From contig CAVTHO010000003.1 in the NCBI GenBank assembly GCA_963734545.1, positions 128,001 to 192,000 on the forward strand: a stretch of DNA of 64,000 nt, given 5' to 3'. This document shows positions 1-10,137 of this stretch, in pieces (the first letter of the stretch is position 1; every line of letters starts with the position of its first letter). A program made the translations under genes and the position numbers. This DNA is from an uncultured Spirochaetota bacterium. Its GTDB lineage: Bacteria; Spirochaetota; Spirochaetia; SZUA-6; Fen-1364. The notes under the pieces were generated by a model that was not told where the DNA came from, did not search any database, and saw nothing but the letters and a program-made list of their open reading frames with translations.

Positions 1-859
1 TACCGAGACAGAGAAGCTGGACTCCGCCGAAAAAGATGATCGAAATCACGGTCGATGCCCATCCTGGCACGAGGGAAACCTCTTGCGAGAAATACGTCAC
101 CAGGACGTAGACCGCCAGCAGAATGCCGACTGCAATCGAGACAAGCCCGACGGTCGTCGCCAGCTTGAGAGGTTTTGCGCTGAAATACTGGACGCCGTGA
201 GAGGCGAACTTCAGCATCTTGCGGAAGGGGTACTTGGTCTTCCCGGCGAATCTTTCCTCCCGCTGGTAGGGCAGCGCCACCTGCTTGAAACCCATCCAGT
301 GGATGAGGCCGCGCAGGTACTCCTTTCTCTCCGGCATTTTTTTGAAGGTATCGATGATTCTGCGATCGATCAGTCGGAAGTCTCCCGTGTCTTTCGGCGG
401 CTTCTGCGTATCAGACAGGAAGCTGAGGAGGCGGTAGAACCAATATGCGCTCAGTCTCTTGAAAATGCTGTCACCCTTTCTCGAGGTGCGAAGGCCGTAG
501 ACGATATTTGCCTCCTGCGTGAGGTGGACTCTGACCATGTCGCCTATGAGCTCAGGAGGGTCCTGAAGATCCGCATCTATGATGACGGCAACGTCGCCGG
601 TACAGTTCTCGATGCCGGCGGCGACGGCGGGCTGATGACCGAAATTGCGGGAGAAGCTGAGGACCCGGACGTCCGGGTCTGCGCGGGCTATCGCGCGCAG
701 TATTTCCAGGGTGCGGTCCCTGCTTCCGTCGTTGATGAACAGGATTTCCCGGCGGGAGGCCCCCGCATCCTTCAGGGAACGATCCACCCGCGCGTACGTC
801 GCGGCGATCACTTCCTCTTCGTTGTAGCAGGGAATGATGACGGAGAGCTTGAGATCCAT
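1..859 (-). CDS. Glycosyltransferase family 2 (GtrB/ArnC-like polyprenol-phosphate sugar transferase), truncated by window edge
   Basis: Manual minus-strand translation from ATG at 859: MDLKLSVIIPCYNEEE...FINDGSRD...SRNFGHQ...IIDADLQDPPELI...DTGDFRLIDR, then C-terminal hydrophobic helices. Not in the ORF track because it runs off the edge. Confidence 0.9.
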   Translation of the reverse strand, partial: MDLKLSVIIPCYNEEEVIAATYARVDRSLKDAGASRREILFINDGSRDRTLEILRAIARADPDVRVLSFSRNFGHQPAVAAGIENCTGDVAVIIDADLQDPPELIGDMVRVHLTQEANIVYGLRTSRKGDSIFKRLSAYWFYRLLSFLSDTQKPPKDTGDFRLIDRRIIDTFKKMPERKEYLRGLIHWMGFKQVALPYQREERFAGKTKYPFRKMLKFASHGVQYFSAKPLKLATTVGLVSIAVGILLAVYVLVTYFSQEVSLVPGWASTVISIIFFGGVQLLCLG

Positions 860-972
860 GATGGATTCCGGTTGCACGCCGAAATCAGTATAGGTCAGGC
901 TCATCTGCCTGTCAAATTGAGCCGCGGGGGGGCGTACCGACTTTCGCAGGTTCTGATATACTCACCCGGATC

Positions 973-2466
973 ATGGAAGCAGAGCTGGCGATAAACCCCG
1001 CGCGCGTCCTCGGACAGAGAGACCCGAAGATATACGGGCACTTCATCGAACACTTTCACCGACAGATCTACGGCGGCATCTACGCTCCCGGATCCCCGCT
1101 GTCCGACGCGGCAGGCCTTCGACGCGACGTGTGTGAGGCGATACGGGCCCTGCGGCCGCCGATCATCAGATGGCCCGGCGGGTGCTATGTCTCGGCATAC
1201 CACTGGGAGGACGGGGTGGGTCCCACCCGTTCCCCGCGCTTCGACAAGGCGTGGAGGGTCGAAGACAGCAACACTTTCGGCACGGACGAGTTCATCGGCT
1301 TCTGCAGAAAAGTCGGGGCGGAACCCTACATCTGCACGAACGCGGGATCAGGAACGTCCGAGGAGATGAGCAACTGGGTCGAGTACTGCAACCTGGCCGA
1401 TCAGGGCAGATGGGCGCGTCTGCGGAAGGACAACGGATCCGCGGCGCCTCACGGTGTCAGGTACTGGAGCATCGGCAACGAGAACTACGGGGACTGGGAA
1501 ATAGGGGCAAAGACGGCCGAAGAATGGGCCCGGTTCGTCAAGGAATCCGGGAAGATGATGAAGGCCGTGGACCCTTCGATCCAGCTCATGGCCGCGAGCG
1601 TTGCCGAGCTCGACTGGAACCTCCGGCTCCTGCGGGAGGCGGGCAAGGTCCTGGACTGGATATCCATTCACGGCTACTGGGATCCCCTGTGGGAGCGCAA
1701 TGATCTCAGCTCGTATGAAACGTGCATGGCCTTCACGACCACGATCGAGGAGAAGATCACCACGACGGAGCACATACTCGGCGCGCTCGGATTGCTCGGC
1801 AGGATCAGGATCGCGTTCGACGAGTGGAACCTGCGCGGATGGCATCATCCGAACCGCTGGTCGTCGACGGAGGATTTCCTGACTCCCCGGGACAAGAATG
1901 ACCTGAACGCCAGCTACACGATGGCGGACGCCGTTTTCACCGCTTGTTTCCTGAACGAGTGCCTGCGGCACTGCCGGACGGTCGGAATGGCGAATTTCGC
2001 TCCGCTGGTGAACGCACGGGGACTCATTTTCGCGCACGATGCCGGGATCGTCCTTCGATCCACGTATTTCGTCTTCCAGCTTTTCACCCGGCACATGGGG
2101 GACGTGGTCCTGGATTCCTGGCTCAGTCGAAATGCCGATTTCTCCGTGACGCGGCCTGAGGGAGATGTTCTGGTCCCTGCAATCGATGCGGTGGCCACCC
2201 GATCCACCGGCGAAGATGCGCTTCGCATCGCAGTCGTGAACAGGCACCCGGAAATGCCGGTCAGCCTGACGATCAGCGGCACCGCTGTCCACCGATTCTC
2301 GAAGGCGACCGTGCACACCCTCGGCGCGCCGTCAAAGGACTCGTACAACGATACGGACAAGCCCGACGTCGTGGCCCCGGGCCAGGATTCGTACTCCCTG
2401 AAAGAGAGCGACCGGACTCGTCTGGACATCCCGCCGCACTCGGTCTCCGTGATCGTGCTTGCATAG
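973..2466 (+). CDS. Alpha-L-arabinofuranosidase (GH51)
   Basis: IYGHFIEH, RWPGGC, FGTDEF, WSIGNE and AFDEWN motifs typical of GH51. Confidence 0.9.
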   Translation: MEAELAINPARVLGQRDPKIYGHFIEHFHRQIYGGIYAPGSPLSDAAGLRRDVCEAIRALRPPIIRWPGGCYVSAYHWEDGVGPTRSPRFDKAWRVEDSNTFGTDEFIGFCRKVGAEPYICTNAGSGTSEEMSNWVEYCNLADQGRWARLRKDNGSAAPHGVRYWSIGNENYGDWEIGAKTAEEWARFVKESGKMMKAVDPSIQLMAASVAELDWNLRLLREAGKVLDWISIHGYWDPLWERNDLSSYETCMAFTTTIEEKITTTEHILGALGLLGRIRIAFDEWNLRGWHHPNRWSSTEDFLTPRDKNDLNASYTMADAVFTACFLNECLRHCRTVGMANFAPLVNARGLIFAHDAGIVLRSTYFVFQLFTRHMGDVVLDSWLSRNADFSVTRPEGDVLVPAIDAVATRSTGEDALRIAVVNRHPEMPVSLTISGTAVHRFSKATVHTLGAPSKDSYNDTDKPDVVAPGQDSYSLKESDRTRLDIPPHSVSVIVLA

Positions 2467-2487
2467 CGTGCGGGTGAAGGAGGAGCC

Positions 2488-3267
2488 ATGGAAAGGCTGG
2501 AAGGTCGGACGGCTCTGGTCGCGGGGGGCGGGAGCGGCATCGGACATGCAATCGCCAGCCGGTTTCACCAGGAAGGGGCCTTTGTTTTCATCTGCGGCCG
2601 CCGGGAGGCGAAGCTCGTGGACGCATGCACCGTCATTTCCCCCTCCGGCGAGCGGATAGCCGGAGTCCCGGCCGACGTGACACGGGATGCGGACATCGGC
2701 AGGGTGGTGCGGGAGGTGGGGGCAAGGGCCGGGGGGCTGGATATCCTGGCCAACTGCTCCGGCATGATGCGATTTGGAAAGCTCGAATCCCTCGATCCCG
2801 CCCTGCTCGGCGAGATGTTCAATGCCAATACGTTCGCTCCCTGGAGATTGTCTTCGGCCGTGCTCCCCCTCATGAGGGCGCGCGGAGGAGGCTCCATCGT
2901 GAACATTTCTTCGATCTCGGGGCTGCGCCCGTTCGAAGGAAGCGGCGCCTACTGCATGGCCAAGGCCGCCCTTATCATGATGTCCCAGGTGATGGCGCTC
3001 GAGCTCGCTTCGGAGAATATCAGGGTGAATGTGATCTGCCCCGGGATGGTGGAGGACACGGAGCTGGGGGACGCCATATTCTCCCCGGACCAGGTCCGTG
3101 CGTCCTACGAGAGGTTCCGCCCCCTGCATCCTCTGGGCCGGAACGGGAAACCGGGAGACATCGCGGAAGCGGCTCTTTTTTTCGCCTCGTCGGAAAGCTC
3201 CTGGGCAACCGGATCCGTTCTTCCCCTCGACGGGGGCAGGCACCTCACCACCAACAAGCCGGGCTGA
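2488..3267 (+). CDS. Short-chain dehydrogenase/reductase (SDR)
   Basis: GGGSGIG nucleotide-binding motif, YCMAK catalytic motif, IRVNVICPG. Confidence 0.9.
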   Translation: MERLEGRTALVAGGGSGIGHAIASRFHQEGAFVFICGRREAKLVDACTVISPSGERIAGVPADVTRDADIGRVVREVGARAGGLDILANCSGMMRFGKLESLDPALLGEMFNANTFAPWRLSSAVLPLMRARGGGSIVNISSISGLRPFEGSGAYCMAKAALIMMSQVMALELASENIRVNVICPGMVEDTELGDAIFSPDQVRASYERFRPLHPLGRNGKPGDIAEAALFFASSESSWATGSVLPLDGGRHLTTNKPG

Positions 3268-3287
3268 CAACGAAGCTGTTCGGCCTG

Positions 3288-3453
3288 GCGGTCTGACCGC
3301 GGACAGGGACAGGGGAAGCTCTGCGTCAGCGCGGCCTTCGGCTGTCATCTTTCTCCGGGAAAGGCCTTTTTTGGTCCTGGCCGATTATAGTTGACAACTC
3401 TCGATCCGGCGCGATAGGATGGTTCTCGTGGTCTGACAGCTATACCAAGACCA
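3288..3453 (+). promoter_or_regulatory. Putative sigma70 promoter with GntR/FadR-type operator boxes
   Basis: TTGACA (3391-3396), 18 nt, TAGGAT (3415-3420); palindrome GCGGTC-T-GACCGC (3288-3300) and related TGGTCTGACAG (3429-3439), resembling FadR-subfamily GGTCTGACC boxes. Confidence 0.55.
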
Positions 3454-3473
3454 TCCAACCGATTGAGGAGAGC

Positions 3474-4200
3474 ATGTTCGAACGCCTGCATTCGCAGAAG
3501 AACTACATGCAGATCGCGCGGCAGATCCGCAATCTGATCCGTGATGGAACCTTGAAGGTGGGGCAGCAGCTCCCGCCCGAACGGGCCCTCGTGGAGCAGT
3601 TCGGCGCTTCCCGGGCGAGCATCCGGGAGGCGTTGAGCGCGCTGGAGATGCTCGGGCTGATCGAGTGCAGGAGCGGACAGGGCAACTACATCAAGGCGGA
3701 CGGCTCCACCGGCACGATCGACGGGGAGATGCTCCGCACCCTGCTGCTGGACCACGACCCCTACGAGATTTTCGAGACCCGTCTCGAGCTGGAGCCCAGC
3801 ATGTCCGCCCTTGCGGCGGAGCGGGCTACCGACGAGGAACGGGACAAGCTGAAGGCCCACGTGGAGACACTGGCCGCGCTCGGCGAGCCGGATCCGCGCC
3901 GAGGGTTTCAAAGACGCGACCATCGAAGAATACATGGAAGAAGACAGGAAGTTCCACCTGCAGATCGGCAGATGCGCCCACAACAATGTGCTTTTCACGG
4001 TTTTTTCAGGGGTGAACCTCATGATGAAAGAGACCCACTGGAAGGCAATGAAGAGCAAAGGGTTGATGGACGAGAGCAATATCACTGCATACGCGGTCGA
4101 GCATGAGGCCATCCTGGCCGCCATATTGTCGAAAGACCCCCGGGCGGCCCAGCGGGAAGCGAAAAAGCACATCCTCATGCTGAAGAAGACTCTGTTTTAA
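3474..4200 (+). CDS. GntR/FadR-family transcriptional regulator (frameshift near 3890)
   Basis: LPPERALVEQFGASRASIREAL wHTH; the FCD domain continues in ORF 3934-4200 (DRKFHLQIGRCAHN...EHEAIL). Confidence 0.88.
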
Positions 4201-4228
4201 GAACCGATTTCAATACGGAGGAAGGAAA

Positions 4229-5122
4229 ATGCTTTCAGGGAGCGAAGTCAAAGGAGTCATCCCGGCCCTTGTCACACCGTTCACGAAGAACGACCAGGTG
4301 GACCTGAAGGGCGTGGAGACGATCACGAAGTTCCTCGTGGAGAACGGCGTGCATGCCCTGATGCCCGTGGGCGGGACGGGGGAGTTTCCCAGCCTCCTGC
4401 GGGAGGAAAAGCGGGACGTGGTCGCGGCCGTGGCACGCGTGGCCAAGGGGAAGGTCCCCATCATCCCGGGAACGGCCGCCTGCAGCACGCGCGAGGTGAT
4501 CCTCCTCAGCAACGAAGCGTACGAAGCGGGGGCCGACGCGGTGATCGTGACCGCGCCCTACTACTTCAAGCTCCCCGATGAGTCGCTCATCCAGCACTAC
4601 ACGACCGTGGCGCACAACGTCGACTGCCCTGTTGTCGTGTACAACAATCCCCTCTATACCGGCAATCCCATGAGCCCGCAGCTCATCGCGGGGCTCATGG
4701 CGGTGAAGAACATCATCGGCGTGAAGAACAGCGCCTCTGACATGGGCCAGCTCATCGAAATGATCCGTCTTTCCCCCCAGGGGAAATCCCTGTGCACCGG
4801 CATCGACAGCCAGTTCTACCCGGCGCTGTGCGTGGGGGCCTCGGGTCTCTACTCCACTGCCGCCGGAATCATTCCTGCCCAGATGGTGAAGCTGTACGAG
4901 CTGTTCCTCCAGGGAAAACACGCGGAGGCGCTTGCGCTCAACATGAAGCTCCAATCCTTGAACAGGTACCTCGAGTACGATCCGGGGTACGTGGCCCCGG
5001 CCAAGGAGGCGCTCAATCTGCTGGGTCTTCCCGGCGGGTGCCTGCGCGCGCCCCTGCCCCAGCTTACCGCGGCGGAAAAGGCGGGCGTGAAGGCCGCGCT
5101 CACGACCATCGGGGTCTTATGA
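4229..5122 (+). CDS. DapA/NAL-family class I aldolase/lyase, probably not true DHDPS
   Basis: IPALVTPF, GGTGEF, YNNP, Schiff-base Lys in GVKNS. Confidence 0.85.
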   Translation: MLSGSEVKGVIPALVTPFTKNDQVDLKGVETITKFLVENGVHALMPVGGTGEFPSLLREEKRDVVAAVARVAKGKVPIIPGTAACSTREVILLSNEAYEAGADAVIVTAPYYFKLPDESLIQHYTTVAHNVDCPVVVYNNPLYTGNPMSPQLIAGLMAVKNIIGVKNSASDMGQLIEMIRLSPQGKSLCTGIDSQFYPALCVGASGLYSTAAGIIPAQMVKLYELFLQGKHAEALALNMKLQSLNRYLEYDPGYVAPAKEALNLLGLPGGCLRAPLPQLTAAEKAGVKAALTTIGVL

Positions 5123-7189
5123 AGCTCCGAATGGGTGTCGACACCGGAGGCACTTTCACCGACGGTGTGGTGATCGACGCACACGGCGCCATCCACAACT
5201 TCAAGGAGCTGTCCACGCCGAAGGATCCCTCCATCGGCCTGTACAATGTCATCCGCAAGGCCGCCGCGCATTTCGGCAAGGACGTGAAAGGCTTTCTCGG
5301 GGACCTCGACTTCTTCGCGCACGGCACCACCGTGGCGACCAATACGCTTCTCACGGGAACGGGAGCATGCACGGGGCTCATTCTCACGAAAGGGTTCCGT
5401 GACACGCTGGAGATGCGGAGGGCCCACAAGGAAAACATCTGGGACCTCTACCTGCCCGTGGCCCCGCCCCTCGTGCCCCGGCGCCTGCGCATCGGCGTGC
5501 GGGAAAGGATCGACTGCGCGGGGCGCATCGTGCAGCCCCTCGAGGAGCAGGACGTGCGGGACGCGTGCGCGATTTTCAAGCGGGAGGGCGTGAAGGCGGT
5601 GGCCGTGTGCACCCTCTTCTCCTTCCTCAATGACGCGCACGAAAAGGCCATCCAGGCCATCGTCCGGGAGGAGATGCCCGACGCGTTCATCTCCATCTCC
5701 TCCGAGGTGCTTTCCCAGATACGCGAGTATGAGCGCATGTCGACCACCGTGGCGAACGCCTACGTGGGACCCCGGCTGACCGTCTACCTGTCGACCCTCG
5801 AGCGGAAGCTGAAGAATGACGGGCTCTCCCGGGCCTTCTACATCACTGCCTCGAACGCCGGGGTCATGACGGCGGAAACGGCCATTCGCCACGCATCCGC
5901 GACCCTGCTCTCCGGCCCGGCCGCCGGCGCCGTGGGGGGCATATTCTTCGCCGAGCTGCTCGGCCGCGGCAACCTCATCACCATGGACATGGGAGGTACC
6001 TCGTTCGACGTGACCCTGGTGAGCGAGGGCAAGGTGACGCTGAGCACCGAGGGCTCCATTGCCGGCTACCGGATCGCCAAGCCGATGATCGACATCAACA
6101 CGATCGGCGCGGGAGGCGGCTCGATCGCCTGGATCGACGCCGGCGGGATGCTCAAGGTGGGGCCGGCCTCGGCAGGCTCCGACCCCGGGCCCGTCTGCTA
6201 CGACCTGGGCGGAGAAAAGCCCACGGTGACGGATGCGAACCTCCTCCTCGGGTTCCTGGACAAGGACTACTTCCTCGGGGGAGAGATGAAGGTCAACGAG
6301 GGGCGGGCGCGGGCAGCGATGCAGAAGCTGATCGCGGAACCGCTCGGAATGTCCGTCGAGCAGGCGGCCGCGGGCGTGTTCCGGATCATCAACCAGAGCA
6401 TGGCGGATGCCACCAAGGTGGTGTCCGTCCAGCGCGGCCACGATCCGCGCGAGTATGCGCTGGTGAGCGCCGGCGGGGCGTGCTCCATCCATGCGTGCAA
6501 GATCGCGGAGGAGGTCGGCTCCACGACCGTCATTGTGCCGCGGGCGGCCAGCGTCTTCTGCGCGCTGGGCATGCTCGAGTCCGACATCCGCCTGGACACC
6601 TTGAAGACCTGTCACGCGGTGATCCCGGGAATCGATCTGGACGAATTCAACCGGATCATTGCCCAGGCGGAAAAGCAGGCCCTCACGGAGCTGCTGCAGG
6701 AGGGCGTGGAACGGGAGCGCGCGCGGCTGGTCAGGCATCTGGACATGCGCTACGTGGGCCAGCATCACGAGGTGAGCGTCGAGATTCCCTCCGGCTGCCT
6801 CATCGAAGAAAAGCACGTCGCGACAATCTCGGACGCCTTCCACAAGGCCCACGAGAGGCTCTATACGTACGCCACGCCGGAGAATCCGCAGGAGATCATG
6901 AATCTCCGCATCACTGCCGTCGGCGCGGTGGACAAGACGGGGCTTTCCCCGCGCCCCCTCGGAGGGCAGGACGCCTCGAAGGCGCGCAAGGGAACGCGGA
7001 AGCTGCGCTTCCAGGACAGCGACAAATGCGTCGAGGTCCCGGTCTACGACAGGGACCGCCTGGCGCCGGGAAACACGGATACCGGGTCCCGCGGTCATCG
7101 AGGAGCGGATTACCACCATCGTGGTGCACCCCGGCTGGGACGCGCAGGTGGATGCGTTCGAGAACGTGGTGATGGAGGCGCGGGCATGA
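5119..7189 (+). CDS. Hydantoinase/oxoprolinase subunit A (ATP-dependent lactamase); one extra base near 7078
   Basis: GVDTGGTFTD, HGTTVATN, LSGPAAG, DMGGTSFD; the C-terminus PGPAVIEERITTIVVHPGW lies in a shifted frame ending TGA 7189. Confidence 0.9.
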
Positions 7190-8958
7190 GCGTCGCAGAG
7201 GCAGAATCCGCGAAGAAGGAATTCGAAGGGGCGCGGGACCCCATCACCCTCTCCGTCATCTACAATCGCCTGCTCACGATCAACCAGGAGATGGGGATCA
7301 CCATGATCAACACCTCCATCTCCCCGATCTTCGCGGAGGTGCACGACTTCTCCTGCGCAATCTGCGACTGGGCGAACAGGATCGTGGCGCAGATCGACGG
7401 GGTGCCGTCCCATACCGCCTCGGTCATGGAAGCGGTCAAGGCAGTCGGCCGGGAGTTCGGCGACGACATACACCCCGGCGATGTGTTCGTGCTCAATGAC
7501 CCGTACCTCGGCGGCACGCACCTGCCCGACATCACCATCATGAAGCCCGTCTACTACGAGGGGAAGCTCCAGTTCATCGCCATCAATCGCGCGCATCACG
7601 GCGACGTGGGCGGCATCGAGCCGGGCTCCTACGCGCCGAGCGCCCGCGAGCTCTTTCACGAGGGAATCAGGATCCCGCCGCTGCGCATCTATCGGGACGA
7701 AAAACCCATCATGGACGTGGTGAACATGATCCGCATCAACACCCGGATGCCCGACGCCCTGTGGGTGGACATGAAGGCGCAGGTGGCCTCCTGCCGCGTG
7801 GCGGAAAAGCGGATCCTCGAGCTCCTGGCCAAGTACGGGGTCGAGAAGACGCGCGCGACCATCGAGGACATCCACGGATACGCGGAGCGCCGGATGCGCC
7901 GGGAGATCGAGCGCCTGCCGGACGGCGTCTACAACGGGGAGACATTCCTCGATTCCGACGGATTTACCGACACGCCCATCAGGATCAGGGTGTCCATCCG
8001 CATCAAGGGCGACGAAGCCTGGGTGGATTTCGACGGGTCGGATCCCCAGGTGACCGGATTCGTGAACTCCCCGATGGCCAACACGGCCACCTGCGTGTAC
8101 GTGGCTTTTCTCACCACGGTCACGACACCCGACATTCCCCACAACGAGGGCGTGTACCGGCCGGTGCACATCAGCGCGCCGGAGGGAAGCATCGTGAATC
8201 CCCGGTTCCCCGCGCCGGTGGCCTCCTGCACACTGGACACCGCGTGCGCCATCCTCGAGGCTTGCTGGATGGCGCTTTCCCAGGTGCTGCCGGACAGGGT
8301 CCCCGCCGGCTGGAACAGGTGGAACGGTCCCACGATCACCGGTGTCGATCCGAGGACGAACAACTTCTACGTCATGTTCGGGTTCAATGGGTTCGGCGGC
8401 GCGGGCGGCATGCCCGGCATGGACGGCCGGCACTATATCGGGGACGGCATCGACCTCGGCGGATTGATCGCGCCGAACATCGAGACGAACGAGAGCGACT
8501 ATCCCCACCTCACGGAGTTCAATGAGCTCACCACGGATTCCTGCGGCGCCGGAAAGTGGCGCGGCGGCTGCGGAGCGCGCTACAGGGTGACGCTGCATGA
8601 CGCGAGCCCCACACTGGTGATGTTCGGAGACGGCAAGAAGACGGCGCCCTACGGGCTGTTCGGCGGCCGGCCGGGCTCGTGCAACCTCGCGTTCATCAAC
8701 GAGGGGAAGCCGACCCAGCGGGAGCTCAAGGCCAAGGAGACCGTATCCCTGGCCAGGGGGGACACCTACACGTCCTACCCTTCAGGCGGCGGGGGGTGGG
8801 GGAACCCGTTGGAGAGGGACCCCGAGAGCGTGCGGGACGATGTCCGCAACGAGATCATCTCCCCGCAGAGCGCGGAAAAGATCTACCGTGTGGTCCTCGA
8901 GGGGCCCGCATACACGATCAACAGGGAGCGGACCCTCGCGCTTCGCGGGGCGCGGTAG
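7186..8958 (+). CDS. Hydantoinase B/oxoprolinase subunit B
   Basis: DPITLSVI, NDPYLGGTHLPD, AHHGDVGG, GAGKWRGG, GGGGWG; ATGA overlap with subunit A stop. Confidence 0.92.
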   Translation: MSVAEAESAKKEFEGARDPITLSVIYNRLLTINQEMGITMINTSISPIFAEVHDFSCAICDWANRIVAQIDGVPSHTASVMEAVKAVGREFGDDIHPGDVFVLNDPYLGGTHLPDITIMKPVYYEGKLQFIAINRAHHGDVGGIEPGSYAPSARELFHEGIRIPPLRIYRDEKPIMDVVNMIRINTRMPDALWVDMKAQVASCRVAEKRILELLAKYGVEKTRATIEDIHGYAERRMRREIERLPDGVYNGETFLDSDGFTDTPIRIRVSIRIKGDEAWVDFDGSDPQVTGFVNSPMANTATCVYVAFLTTVTTPDIPHNEGVYRPVHISAPEGSIVNPRFPAPVASCTLDTACAILEACWMALSQVLPDRVPAGWNRWNGPTITGVDPRTNNFYVMFGFNGFGGAGGMPGMDGRHYIGDGIDLGGLIAPNIETNESDYPHLTEFNELTTDSCGAGKWRGGCGARYRVTLHDASPTLVMFGDGKKTAPYGLFGGRPGSCNLAFINEGKPTQRELKAKETVSLARGDTYTSYPSGGGGWGNPLERDPESVRDDVRNEIISPQSAEKIYRVVLEGPAYTINRERTLALRGAR

Positions 8959-8972
8959 GCAAGGAGGGAGAC

Positions 8973-10109
8973 ATGCAGCAGATCCGCAGGATCGCGGTGC
9001 TGGGTGCGGGAAGCGGCGGCTTCATGTGCGCGGCGGACCTTGGCAGCATGGGGTACGAAGTTGCCCTGTTCTCCCGGGAGCTCGACCGCATACGGGGTGT
9101 GAAGGAAAGGGGGACCATCGAGGTCCTCGACATAGATTCCCGGCCCACCGGGATGTGCGGCAAGGTGGCGCTTGCCACCAGCGACATCAGGGAGGCGGTG
9201 CGCGGCGCGCAGGTAATCCTCAATCCGATTCCCTATTTCGCCTGTGAAGAGTATGCCCGGATGGTGCTGCCCCATCTCGAGGAAGGGCAGGTCGTGATCT
9301 ATCTCGGAAAGGGCGGAGCCTGCCTCACGTGGGCCAAGGTGATGCGCGAGCTCGGGATCCGCAGGAGAGTGTATCTTGCCGACACGAACACCCTTCCGTA
9401 CGGCGCGTCGCGGATGGGTGATCACCAGGTCAGGCTGGAGAACAGGACCCAGAATCTCATCCTCGCAACATTTCCGGGCAGGGACGTCGACGCCGTGGCG
9501 GCAGTGGCGGAGCAGCTGTTCACGAAGGCGCATGGCTATGACATCCGCAGGGGCCAGAACGCCATCGATTCGATCCTCGTGGACTACAACGCCATCACCC
9601 ACACTCCGCCCATGGTCTGCAACGCGGCGCGCATCGAGCTGGGGGAGAAGCCTTTTTTCCTCTTCGGGAAGAGGGAGAACACCCCGTCGGTGGTGCGGCT
9701 GATCGAGCGCATCGACAGGGAGCGAATGGCCATAGGCGAAGCCCTGGGGCTGAAGCAGTGGACGCTCGAGGAAGAGATCAAGATGGTGAAGTGGAATCCA
9801 CACGGCGAGGATTTCGTGCTTCCGCTGTACGAGGCCATCCACACGCCGTTTCTCGAGGTGTGTGAGGGCCCCTACACGCTGGACACCCGGCACCTCAAGG
9901 AAGACATACCCTACGGGCTGGTCACCTATTCGTCCCTGGGCCGGATGCTGGGAGTGCCGACGCCCGTGACAGATGCCATCATCACCATGTCCGAGGTGCT
10001 TCTCTCGAAAGATTTCCGCGCCATGGGCCGGACCGTGCAGTCCATGGGCATCAATCCTTCCTGGTCGCGCAGGAAACTGTCGAAATACCTGCGCGAGGGA
10101 GCAGCGTGA
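8973..10109 (+). CDS. NAD(P)-dependent opine (octopine/nopaline) dehydrogenase family protein
   Basis: IAVLGAGSGG Rossmann motif, TNTLPYGASR, NAITH, RHLKEDIPYGL. Confidence 0.88.
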   Translation: MQQIRRIAVLGAGSGGFMCAADLGSMGYEVALFSRELDRIRGVKERGTIEVLDIDSRPTGMCGKVALATSDIREAVRGAQVILNPIPYFACEEYARMVLPHLEEGQVVIYLGKGGACLTWAKVMRELGIRRRVYLADTNTLPYGASRMGDHQVRLENRTQNLILATFPGRDVDAVAAVAEQLFTKAHGYDIRRGQNAIDSILVDYNAITHTPPMVCNAARIELGEKPFFLFGKRENTPSVVRLIERIDRERMAIGEALGLKQWTLEEEIKMVKWNPHGEDFVLPLYEAIHTPFLEVCEGPYTLDTRHLKEDIPYGLVTYSSLGRMLGVPTPVTDAIITMSEVLLSKDFRAMGRTVQSMGINPSWSRRKLSKYLREGAA

Positions 10110-10137
10110 ACCACGTTCATACAAGGGGGAAACGAGC

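Noticed and set aside
83-994. Long + strand ORF and other long antisense ORFs (e.g. 4849-8598, 34249-36555, 40132-41673)
   Set aside because: Shadow frames of real genes on the opposite strand, typical of high-GC DNA
4792-8958. 1388-aa fused hydantoinase A+B ORF
   Set aside because: An extra base near 7078 bypasses the subunit A C-terminus; an ATGA stop/start overlap at 7186-7189 shows two genes
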